Source: Sedimentisphaerales bacterium
GTDB lineage: Bacteria > Planctomycetota > Phycisphaerae > Sedimentisphaerales > SM23-30
Assembly: GCA_963663805.2 (NCBI GenBank)
Contig: CAXXMR010000009.1
Coordinates: forward strand, 160,001-224,000
DNA: 64,000 nt
Direction: 5' to 3'
The notes under the pieces were generated by a model that was given only the letters and a program-made list of their open reading frames with translations, was not told the DNA's origin and searched no databases. The position numbers were made by a program, and so were the translations under genes. The number at the start of each line of letters is the position of its first letter. The stretch's first letter is position 1. This document shows, piece by piece, positions 1-8,969 of the stretch.

Positions 1-45
1 GCGAAGGTGGCCTTGCTGACGGTTATGGATTTTTTGTCCGAGTAA
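1..45 (+). CDS. 3' end of an upstream gene (partial; product unknown)
   Basis: Frame 1 reads AKVALLTVMDFLSE then TAA at 43-45, followed by the GGAGAAG RBS of the next gene. Confidence 0.45.
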   Translation, partial: AKVALLTVMDFLSE

Positions 46-63
46 AAGCTTCTGGAGAAGTAT

Positions 64-1074
64 ATGAAAGCGGTAATCTGGCAGGGTGGTGACAATTTTG
101 CTTACGGCGATTATCCCGAACCAAAAATTGGTTCGGAACAGGTGCTGGTGCAGGTGCAGGCCTCTTCGGTCTGTACAACAGATTTTCATTACGGTGACTT
201 CGACTGTAAACCGCCTCTGGTGCCGGGCCATGAAGTCGCTGGCGAGGTTGTCGAGCTGGGCAGTGAAGTAACCAGCCTTAGAATTGGGGACAGGGTAACG
301 CTCGACCCCGTGCAGCGCTGCTGGAAATGCCGCATGTGTCAGATGGGGCTGTCTCATTTGTGTCTGGATGTACGGCATCTAGGCGGCGAACGGGCCCCGG
401 GCGGTTGGGCCGAATATGTGGCGGTCGATGCCCAAAACGCTTATCTGATACCAGATGGTGTGGATTATGAGTCCGCCAGTCTGTGTGAGCCGATAGCGGT
501 TTGTCTGGAAAGCTTTAAGCGTGCGAATTTCCAGGCCGGCCAGCGGGTGCTGATTATGGGCGACGGGGTATTTGGATATATCCATGCCTGTATCGCTAAA
601 ATTCTCGGAGCCGAAACCATTGTCATGGCGGGCCATTATGACGAAAGATTAACGCGGGCTCAAAACAAGACTCAGGTCCTTATCTGCAATACCCATAATC
701 AGAATTTAGCTGAAATGGTCGACAAGGAACTGGGCGATAAGCCTTTCGATTTCGCGATAGAAGCGACTGGGGCTGGCCCCGCGCCGAATATGGCATTGCC
801 TCTGCTGAGGCCGCGGGGCAAGATGGTTCTGTTTAGCTGCGTATGGAAACCGGAACCGTTGGACATGGAAACGATTCACATGAACGAGCTGGATATTCTG
901 GGTTCATGTCGTTCGCTGGATTGTTTCGATACGTGTTTGCAATGGATGGCCGACGGCAAAATCGTACCGCGGGAAATGATTGATATTCTGGTAAAGCTCG
1001 AAGATTTCGCCGAAGCGCGGGACCGGCTGGCAAAAGACAAAAGAAATGTTTTCAAGGCGGTGCTGCTGCCCTGA
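64..1074 (+). CDS. Zn-dependent medium-chain dehydrogenase (polyol/sugar dehydrogenase-like)
   Basis: VCTTD and GHE catalytic Zn motifs, CWKCRMC...C structural Zn cluster, GDGVFG Rossmann motif. Confidence 0.9.
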   Translation: MKAVIWQGGDNFAYGDYPEPKIGSEQVLVQVQASSVCTTDFHYGDFDCKPPLVPGHEVAGEVVELGSEVTSLRIGDRVTLDPVQRCWKCRMCQMGLSHLCLDVRHLGGERAPGGWAEYVAVDAQNAYLIPDGVDYESASLCEPIAVCLESFKRANFQAGQRVLIMGDGVFGYIHACIAKILGAETIVMAGHYDERLTRAQNKTQVLICNTHNQNLAEMVDKELGDKPFDFAIEATGAGPAPNMALPLLRPRGKMVLFSCVWKPEPLDMETIHMNELDILGSCRSLDCFDTCLQWMADGKIVPREMIDILVKLEDFAEARDRLAKDKRNVFKAVLLP

Positions 1075-1085
1075 CGGATAATTTT

Positions 1086-1841
1086 ATGCGGGAAATACTC
1101 AATACAAATTTAGAGGCGGACCAGGTAGGTCTGTGGTTTCTGGGTCAGTCCGGCTTCATCGCGCGGGCCGGAGGCGTGACCCTGGCGATTGACCCTTACC
1201 TTTCCGATTCAGTAGCCGCGGTGTCGCCGGCTCTGACCCGGCAGTATCCGCCGCCGCTGTTGGCGGAGGACATGAAAGTCGATATTTATATCGTCACGCA
1301 TGACCATCTCGACCATCTTGACCCGGAGACAATCAACGCTTATTGCCCTAAGGATACTACTAAGTTTGTCGGGCCGCGTTTTGCCTGTGCCAAACTTCGT
1401 CATTTGGGTGTGCCGCTGGAAAATATCGTGCTGATAGATTCCGGCCATTGTCAAGCTATCGCTGGCGTGGAGATTACCGGTATTTACGCGATACCCAATG
1501 ACCCCGCCGTGATAGACGCTGTCGGTTATAAGGTGGTTTTTCCTAACGGACGGAGTTTTTATCACAGCGGCGACACCGGTTTTTCGGATTTACTGCTGGA
1601 ATGTGTTCCCCAGGTTGAGACGGTTATGGTTTGCATTAACGGCCAATGGGGTAACCTGAACATCGAGCAGGCCGCGACCCTTGCTGGTCGGACAGGGGCA
1701 CGTTATGCGATTCCCCATCATTATGACCTGATGGCCTTGAACTCGGAAAATCCCGAATCGTTCCGCTATCAGCTCAAACATACTAACCCGGAAATCGAAA
1801 CGGTAATACTCAAGCCCATGCGGGCCTTAATCTGGCGATAA
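1086..1841 (+). CDS. Metallo-beta-lactamase-fold hydrolase, UlaG-like (possible sugar-lactone lactonase)
   Basis: WFLGQSG, IDPY, THDHLDH (HxHxDH), YHSGDT, IPHHYD motifs. Confidence 0.85.
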   Translation: MREILNTNLEADQVGLWFLGQSGFIARAGGVTLAIDPYLSDSVAAVSPALTRQYPPPLLAEDMKVDIYIVTHDHLDHLDPETINAYCPKDTTKFVGPRFACAKLRHLGVPLENIVLIDSGHCQAIAGVEITGIYAIPNDPAVIDAVGYKVVFPNGRSFYHSGDTGFSDLLLECVPQVETVMVCINGQWGNLNIEQAATLAGRTGARYAIPHHYDLMALNSENPESFRYQLKHTNPEIETVILKPMRALIWR

Positions 1842-1857
1842 TAACAGGGACATTTGC

Positions 1858-3609
1858 ATGAATGAAATGATGGATACGTTTGAGCTGGAGTTTATCGATT
1901 ACCTGGCATTTACGCTGTATTTCGTGGTGCTTTGCGGGATTGGCTTTTGGGCTGGTCGCAAGAAAAAGGAAGGTAGCGAGGACTATTTTCTGGCTGGTCG
2001 TACCCTGCCCTGGTACGTCGTGGGCACGTCTTTTATCGCCTCGAATATCAGCACCGAACATTTCATCGGCATGATTGGCGCTTCCTTTATTTACGGTATC
2101 TGTGTGGCGATGTACGAATGGGGCAACATTAATTCGTTTACGGTGCTTATCTGGCTGTTTATCCCGTTTCTGCTGGCTACGCGGGTGTTTACCATCCCGG
2201 AATTTTTGGAACGACGTTTCAATAACACGCTGCGTCAGGCCTTCGCGATTCTTACGGTCGTTTGCAATGTGCTGGCGTTTCTGGCGGCGGTGCTTTACGG
2301 CGGTGGGCTGGCGCTGCATACTTTGTTCGGTTGGCCTTTATGGTTCGCAATTGTCACCTTGGGGGTGGTTGCCGGAAGCTGGGCAATTTACGGCGGATTG
2401 CGCTCGGTGGCCTGGACCGATTTCTTTACGGTCATTATTATGATTGCCGGCGGGTTGATGGTGACGATTCTCGGCCTGTACATGCTTTCCGGGGATGAAC
2501 ATTCCCTTGCGGCGGGTTTCAAGACGATGATAGAAGCTAACCGCGCTAATGCCGGTATTTACGCTGAGGCTGTCGCTAAGAACGCTCAGGAATTGGTTGG
2601 TATGGACCATTATGACCGCATGTCGGTTATTCAGCCGATAAGTCACAAGGTCTTGCCTTGGCCCAGCCTGATTTACGGATTTCTCGCTACGGGTATCTGG
2701 TACAGCGTTTTGAACCAGTTTATGATTCAGCGGGTGCTCGGTGCCAAAAACATGTATCACGCCCGTATGGGCATTGTCCTGGCCGGGTACATGAAAATTC
2801 TTATGCCCGCTCTGGTGGTGCTGCCGGGTTTGATTTTGTTTGCCAAATTCCCGGAGGTCATGCTCAAACCGTGGGAGCAGGTTCAGCCCGAGGCGGACAA
2901 AGGTTACGTTACTATGCTACAAATGCTTGTGCCGATAGGGTTGCGGGGTTTGTTCCTGGCGGCCTTGTTCGGGGCGATTCAATCGACGATTAACTCGGTA
3001 CTCAATTCCTCCGCGACGATTGTGACGCTGGATATTTACAAGCGCATGTTCAATCAGCAGGCCTCGGAGCGTTCGCTGGTGCGGGTGGGGGTCTGGTCGT
3101 CAGTAATCATCCTGGCCGCGTCAATTCTCATGGCGGGTTTCATTGGTCGGCTGGGCGCAAGTTTGTTTGTTTATATCCAGTCGCTGTACGCGTTTTTCGC
3201 CCCCCCGTTTTCTGCGATATTCCTGCTGGGGATATTGTTCAAGCGTATCAATGCCAAAGGAGCCACGGCAGCGGTTTTTACGGGGTTCGCCTTTGGAATC
3301 CTGCTGAAGGTCTACCTTAGTTATTTTCCCGACTTACTGGGCCAAGCCGCCTATAAAGCCATCAGCCCCTACAGCAATCAATCGTTTATTCACTGGTTTT
3401 TCTGCGTCCTGGTATGTCTGGCGGTCAGTTTGATGACCCCGCCGCCCGATGCCGACCGGATAACCGACCAGTTGACGATTAACTGGAGAAAGCTGAATAT
3501 TTTCTCTGAGCTGGGCGAAAAATGGTACCAGAGCGTCATTCTTTGGTGGGGCATATTCGCGGCCATCGTGGTTGGTTTTATTATTGTTTTGTCAGGCCAA
3601 AATATTTGA
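1858..3609 (+). CDS. Sodium:solute symporter (SSS/SLC5 family)
   Basis: DYFLAGRTLPW, ASNISTEHFIG, YGGLRSVAWTD, NQFMIQRVL motifs; many TM helices. Confidence 0.92.
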   Translation: MNEMMDTFELEFIDYLAFTLYFVVLCGIGFWAGRKKKEGSEDYFLAGRTLPWYVVGTSFIASNISTEHFIGMIGASFIYGICVAMYEWGNINSFTVLIWLFIPFLLATRVFTIPEFLERRFNNTLRQAFAILTVVCNVLAFLAAVLYGGGLALHTLFGWPLWFAIVTLGVVAGSWAIYGGLRSVAWTDFFTVIIMIAGGLMVTILGLYMLSGDEHSLAAGFKTMIEANRANAGIYAEAVAKNAQELVGMDHYDRMSVIQPISHKVLPWPSLIYGFLATGIWYSVLNQFMIQRVLGAKNMYHARMGIVLAGYMKILMPALVVLPGLILFAKFPEVMLKPWEQVQPEADKGYVTMLQMLVPIGLRGLFLAALFGAIQSTINSVLNSSATIVTLDIYKRMFNQQASERSLVRVGVWSSVIILAASILMAGFIGRLGASLFVYIQSLYAFFAPPFSAIFLLGILFKRINAKGATAAVFTGFAFGILLKVYLSYFPDLLGQAAYKAISPYSNQSFIHWFFCVLVCLAVSLMTPPPDADRITDQLTINWRKLNIFSELGEKWYQSVILWWGIFAAIVVGFIIVLSGQNI

Positions 3610-3696
3610 AGTTTGCTAAACCGGTATTGCGGTGGGATTTAGGGGGTCCTTGCTGCAAGTAGTTGCAAATAGCCCTCAAAATGAGTCATAAATATG

Positions 3697-3725
3697 TTGA
3701 CGATTAACCCGAATATGTTTAATAT
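3697..3725 (+). promoter_or_regulatory. Putative sigma70 promoter for the mannan-locus genes
   Basis: TTGACG (3697-3702), 17 bp spacer, TAATAT (3720-3725) in an AT-rich intergenic region. Confidence 0.55.
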
Positions 3726-3859
3726 ACTCATTATGAGATATTCGCCGAAATCGGTTAGTAACGGCGAGAAACAGGCCTTTGTTGGTGTAAAATGCTGTAT
3801 TTTAAGGTGTTACACTCTTGGCGGTCTGTTGTTGGATTGACAAAAAGGAAAGGTCGTTT

Positions 3860-6010
3860 ATGAAAAGCATGTTTTTGTTCACGCTTGCAACTATTTGCGG
3901 AATCCTGTTGTCCGCACCACTAAAGGCTGATGTGACGGCCGGTCCATTCAAGCATATTTATGACCCATCGGTGGGCGAGTCCGGCTCTTGGTACATTAAT
4001 GACCATTGCTTTATCTACGGTGCTGATAAGCAGTGGCACCTATTCGGAATTACCCATGCTGACCCGCTGGACCCGATTGATGAGGATAATTTCGCCCATG
4101 CCGCCGCTGACTCACTTACTCAGATACCTTGGCGAAAACAGCCCTTTGCTCTTTCGGTCCGTGCCGACCTGGGCGAACATCACCTCTGGGCTCCCTACGT
4201 AATTTGCCACGAGGGTCTCTACTACATGTACTATTGTGCCGGCGGCAAGAGCAATGCCGAATATGAAATTCGCCTGGCAACTTCCACCGACCTCTACAAC
4301 TGGCAGCGTCACCCGGAAAACCCGATGCTGATTGACGGCTATGACGCCCGCGACCCCTATATCTTAAAGGTTGACGACACCTGGATAATGTATTACACCG
4401 CGACCGATGAGCCGCGGGAAGGCCATCACACCGTAACCTCTGTGCGCAGCAGAGACCTGATTCACTGGACAGACAAAAAAATCGTATTCACCGACCCGGA
4501 AGTCGGCAAGTGGGGTGGCCCCACCGAATCGCCCACAGTCGTGCGGCGCGGCAAATATTATTATCTGTTTATCGGCCCGCGTGACGGCTATCGCGGCACT
4601 TGCGTATATCGCAGCGAAACCCCGTATTTGTGGACAATTGACAATCTGTGCGGCAGGATAAACTCCCATGCCGCCGAGGTTGTTCGTGACGGCGACGGCA
4701 AGTGGTACGTCAGTCATTGCGGCTGGGGGCAGGGCGGAGTCTACCTTGCTGAGCTGAACTGGAATGACGGTATCGACGATAACGATACTTCAATACCGGT
4801 TCCGTCCATAATGAAAATCGAACGTCAGGTTGAATATCGCCGCATCGCTATGAAGGATTATCGCGACAAGATGTACGGCGGCTGGCTCGGCCAGATGGTT
4901 GCGGTCGCCTGGGGTTTTCCGGTTGAGTTCAAATATAAGGGACAGATTATTCCTGAAGAGGATGTCCCGGTTTGGAAACCGGAGATGATTAACGACGCTT
5001 TTGGTCAGGACGACCTCTATGTCGAAATGACTTTCCTGCAAAGCATCCAGCGTTACGGTTTCGATGTCAGCTACGAGCAAGCCGGCATTGATTTCGGCAA
5101 TACTCAGTATCCACTTTGGCACGCTAACGACGCCGGGCGTTCAAATATTCGCAAAGGCATATCGCCGCCGGATTCGGGCCATCCGCAGTTTAACAGTCAC
5201 GCTGACGACATTGATTATCAAATCGAAGCGGACTTTTCCGGCCTGATTACCCCCGGTATGCCAAATTTTGCGGTAGAGCTGGGCAATAAATTCGGGCGTA
5301 TAATGAATTATGGAGACGGGCTTTATGGCGGTCACTTTGTCGGGGCTATGTACAGTCTGGCGTTTTTTGAAACCGATGTAAACAAAATCGTGCGTCAGGC
5401 CCTGGACTATATCCCTGCTGGGAGCATGTACGCCGAAGCCATCCGCGACACCATTGCTCTGCATCAGAAATACCCCGACAACTGGCGCGATGCCTGGAAC
5501 GAGCTTAACGAGAAATATCAAAAAAATCCCAAGTACCGTCAGACCTCCTGCGACAAAGGCGATTTCAATATCGACGCCAAGATAAATGGTGCGTTCATTG
5601 TCATGGGTATTCTCTATGGCCAGGGCGACATTGAAAAGACCATCAAAGTCTCCATGCGGTGTGGTCAGGACGCTGATTGTAATCCGTCCAATGCCGCAGG
5701 TATTCTTTTTACATCGCTGGGACACAATCGCCTGCCGCATAAATACCGTGCCGCTCACATGAGCACAAGATTCAGCAATACCGATTACGATATGTACCTG
5801 CTGCTGGATGTCTGTGAGACTCTGGCTCGTCGGGCGGTATATCGTCAGGGTGGTTTCACCGAACATGACGAGATGGGCAATGAGATTTTCGTAATTCCCT
5901 TTGAACAACCGCAACCCAACCAACTGGAATCAATGCTCAACCCCGGCCCAATTGCCAACACGACCTATACCGACTGGCAGATGAAGCAGATTAAGGTTGA
6001 ACAAAAATAA
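3860..6010 (+). CDS. Secreted GH32/GH43-like five-bladed beta-propeller fused to an ADP-ribosylglycohydrolase-family domain
   Basis: ATG 3860 after an AAGGAAAGG RBS; signal peptide; WYINDH, ARDPY and TESP propeller motifs; C-terminal GGWLGQ, DDLYVE, DDIDYQ and GQDADCN motifs of the ARH/DraG fold. Confidence 0.8.
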   Translation: MKSMFLFTLATICGILLSAPLKADVTAGPFKHIYDPSVGESGSWYINDHCFIYGADKQWHLFGITHADPLDPIDEDNFAHAAADSLTQIPWRKQPFALSVRADLGEHHLWAPYVICHEGLYYMYYCAGGKSNAEYEIRLATSTDLYNWQRHPENPMLIDGYDARDPYILKVDDTWIMYYTATDEPREGHHTVTSVRSRDLIHWTDKKIVFTDPEVGKWGGPTESPTVVRRGKYYYLFIGPRDGYRGTCVYRSETPYLWTIDNLCGRINSHAAEVVRDGDGKWYVSHCGWGQGGVYLAELNWNDGIDDNDTSIPVPSIMKIERQVEYRRIAMKDYRDKMYGGWLGQMVAVAWGFPVEFKYKGQIIPEEDVPVWKPEMINDAFGQDDLYVEMTFLQSIQRYGFDVSYEQAGIDFGNTQYPLWHANDAGRSNIRKGISPPDSGHPQFNSHADDIDYQIEADFSGLITPGMPNFAVELGNKFGRIMNYGDGLYGGHFVGAMYSLAFFETDVNKIVRQALDYIPAGSMYAEAIRDTIALHQKYPDNWRDAWNELNEKYQKNPKYRQTSCDKGDFNIDAKINGAFIVMGILYGQGDIEKTIKVSMRCGQDADCNPSNAAGILFTSLGHNRLPHKYRAAHMSTRFSNTDYDMYLLLDVCETLARRAVYRQGGFTEHDEMGNEIFVIPFEQPQPNQLESMLNPGPIANTTYTDWQMKQIKVEQK

Positions 6011-6042
6011 AAAATGAGAAGTATCAGATGAGAGGCATATTG

Positions 6043-8916
6043 ATGAAGAAGTTGTTAGTACTTTCATTGTTAGTAATGTGTTCGCTGGTTTCCGCAGCCG
6101 ATTCCGTTTTTACGGATTTTGTCAAAACCTCCGGTGACAAACTGGTCGATGAAAATGGACCATTACGTTTTATTTCCTATAATATCCCTTGCCTGCACTA
6201 TAACGAAGATGTCATGCAGTTCAATGAAACCAATGCCTGGTCGCTGCCCGATGAGTTTGAAATATCCGATGCTCTGGAAGCTGTTGCCCAGATGGGTGGG
6301 CAGGTCGTGCGTATTTATACGCTTTCGGTTCGCAGTGCCCAGGACTCTCCTGACGTTCCCCGCCACGTTCTGGCACCCGGCAAGTTCAACGAAGAAGCGT
6401 TTCAAACCCTCGATAAAGTGCTGCAAATCGCCAATCAGAAGGGCGTTCGTGTTATTATTCCGCTGGTGGACAACTGGAAATGGTGGGGTGGTGTAGCCGA
6501 ATACGCGGCCTTTCGCGGTAAGAAAATGCAGGACTTCTGGACCGACGAGCAACTGCTGACCGATTTCAAAATGACCATCGATTATGTACTCAACCGGACC
6601 AACACTTATACCGGCGTGAAGTATAAAGACGACCCAGCCATCCTCGCCTGGGAATCCGGTAATGAGCTGGAAAGCCCCCATACCTGGACCGCCAAAATCG
6701 CCGCCTACCTGCAAAAGGCCGACACAAACCATCTGGTAATCGACGGTCGCCATACCCGCGTGCTGCACGAGGAATGTATCGCTGATGAAAACGTCGATAT
6801 TGTCACCACGCATCATTACTCGCTGATTGCCGCGGAGACTATCAGCCAAATCAAGAAGAACGCTGCCATGACAAAAGGCCGCAAGCCCTACTTCGTAGGC
6901 GAATACGGCTTTCTGGATACCAGCGATATGCAAAAAATCACCGACACTATAATGAACAACGAAAATGTCGCCGGCGGTCTTATCTGGAGTCTGCGTTTCC
7001 GTAATCGCAACGGAGGTTTCTACTGGCACAGTGAACCACTGGGCGGCGATAAATACAAAGCCTATCACTGGCCCGGATTCGAGTCATCAAATGATTACGA
7101 CGGCACCGCACTGATTCAGGCCATGACTCAGAAAGCCTACGCCATTCAGAGCAAAGACGTACCGCTCCTGAAAATTCCGGCTGCTCCGAAACTGCTGCCT
7201 ATCGACAGTCCCGCTCATATTTCCTGGCAGGGCAGTGCGGGTGCACAGTCGTATATGATCGAACGAGCCGAATCCGCTCAGGGCCCCTGGCAGGTTATCG
7301 CTGACAATGTATCAGATGCTGCGGTTCAGTATATGCCCCTGTTCAATGATGAAAATGTGACCCGCGGCCAAAATCTCTATTATCGTGTTACCGCCCAAAA
7401 TACTTCCGGCAAATCACTCCCATCCAATATCGTCGGCCCGGTAAAGGTCTACGCCAAGACCCTGGTTGACGACATGATGGACTTCAAACAGATTCACAAA
7501 AAAATAGGCGATTTGTCCCTGGAGATTAACCAGTCGCGTAAATACAAGGAAGACGGCCATCGTCTCCGCGGCTCCAAAAATGACTATATTGTCTATCAAC
7601 TGCCCGATGTGATTAACAGTTGGCAGGTTTACGCTTTTTTCCCGGACCGGATTAACGACCTGGAATTTTATCTTTCCGCCGACGGCGATAAGTTTGAAAA
7701 GGCAGCCTGTGATTCGCAGCAGTTTTTCAGTGGTGCCGGTGATTACGGTTATGCCAAACCGGTTCTTTATAACGGTTACGCAATGGTTGCCAACGCTCGC
7801 TATCTCAAGATTGCTTATAATGTTCCGACCCATATCGGCCGGGTGGAAATCAATTACGCCGCCCATCCGCAAATTTCACACACTGATTCGACCGTCGGTT
7901 TCATCAAGGCCTTTTCGTGGGGCTGGACCGGCTGGCGAGGGCAGTATACCGGCGACAAACCCGTTGATTCGGTAAAGAAAATGGCCCAGACCGGTGCCGA
8001 TTGGATGTGTCTGGCCTTTGGCACCGAGATGAAAACCTTCGACGATCCGCATCTCCCATTCGCCGAGAACAATCCGCGGATGGTAACTGATGGCGAAGTT
8101 CGCCGGGCCTGTCAGCTTGCACGCGACAACAATATGAAAATCGTATTCAAACCCGTCGTCAACGTACAGGATACAACCTGGCGGGCCTGGATCAAGTTCA
8201 ATGACGAGGATGGCAATAAGAAGCTTGATGATTGGAAGCAGTGGTGGGGCGATTTCGAGGCGTTTCTGCTCTATTATGCCCGGATGGCTGAGGAGATGCA
8301 CGCCGAGGTTTTTTGCCTGGGCTGCGAGATGGAATCCACCGAGGAATTTGAAACCCAATGGCGGACAGTCATCGCCAAAATCCGCATGATTTACTCCGGC
8401 GTACTGACCTACAACGGCAATCACGGACGAGAGGCTATGTTAGGATGGTGGGACGCCGTGGATGTTATAAGTATCAGCGCTTACTATCCGGTCGGTACCG
8501 ATGAAGCTACGCAGGAGATTATGGACGACCTGCGCACTGTGCCCGCTGAAGATACCACTTTGGCGAAAATGAAGAAACGCTGGCTGCCGATTAAAGAAGA
8601 TTTACGCGAGGTAAGCAAAAAGTTCAATAAGCCGGTATTCTTCATCGAGCTGGGTCTGTGCAGTGCCTACGGAGCATCTGCCGCCCCGTGGACCCATTAT
8701 CAGCCCACTATGATTTACGACGGTGACGAGCAGGCCCGCTATTATCAAGCCGCTATCGAAACTTTCTGGAATGAACCCTGGTTTGTCGGGTTCGCCTGGT
8801 GGGACTGGCCGCCGCAGCTTTACCCCGTCGAAAAAGCACAAGGCCATACCGGTTTCAGCATCTACGGTAAACCCGCCGAGCAGGTTGTACGTCAATGGTA
8901 CAGCAAACCACGATAA
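6043..8916 (+). CDS. Secreted bifunctional beta-mannanase: GH5 + FN3 + beta-sandwich + GH113-like domain
   Basis: Signal peptide; GH5 AWESGNE and FVGEYG motifs; FN3 (ISWQGS...YYRVTA); GH113-like FCLGCEME, ISAYYP, FFIELG and GFAWWDW. Confidence 0.82.
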   Translation: MKKLLVLSLLVMCSLVSAADSVFTDFVKTSGDKLVDENGPLRFISYNIPCLHYNEDVMQFNETNAWSLPDEFEISDALEAVAQMGGQVVRIYTLSVRSAQDSPDVPRHVLAPGKFNEEAFQTLDKVLQIANQKGVRVIIPLVDNWKWWGGVAEYAAFRGKKMQDFWTDEQLLTDFKMTIDYVLNRTNTYTGVKYKDDPAILAWESGNELESPHTWTAKIAAYLQKADTNHLVIDGRHTRVLHEECIADENVDIVTTHHYSLIAAETISQIKKNAAMTKGRKPYFVGEYGFLDTSDMQKITDTIMNNENVAGGLIWSLRFRNRNGGFYWHSEPLGGDKYKAYHWPGFESSNDYDGTALIQAMTQKAYAIQSKDVPLLKIPAAPKLLPIDSPAHISWQGSAGAQSYMIERAESAQGPWQVIADNVSDAAVQYMPLFNDENVTRGQNLYYRVTAQNTSGKSLPSNIVGPVKVYAKTLVDDMMDFKQIHKKIGDLSLEINQSRKYKEDGHRLRGSKNDYIVYQLPDVINSWQVYAFFPDRINDLEFYLSADGDKFEKAACDSQQFFSGAGDYGYAKPVLYNGYAMVANARYLKIAYNVPTHIGRVEINYAAHPQISHTDSTVGFIKAFSWGWTGWRGQYTGDKPVDSVKKMAQTGADWMCLAFGTEMKTFDDPHLPFAENNPRMVTDGEVRRACQLARDNNMKIVFKPVVNVQDTTWRAWIKFNDEDGNKKLDDWKQWWGDFEAFLLYYARMAEEMHAEVFCLGCEMESTEEFETQWRTVIAKIRMIYSGVLTYNGNHGREAMLGWWDAVDVISISAYYPVGTDEATQEIMDDLRTVPAEDTTLAKMKKRWLPIKEDLREVSKKFNKPVFFIELGLCSAYGASAAPWTHYQPTMIYDGDEQARYYQAAIETFWNEPWFVGFAWWDWPPQLYPVEKAQGHTGFSIYGKPAEQVVRQWYSKPR

Positions 8917-8969
8917 AATATTACGCAGTAAATTAAATCAGTAACCAAGGATACAGAAAGGAAACTAAA

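Noticed and set aside
4840..6010. ADP-ribosylation toxin-antitoxin or anti-phage system
   Set aside because: No ADP-ribosyltransferase nearby; the domain is in a secreted CAZyme fusion.
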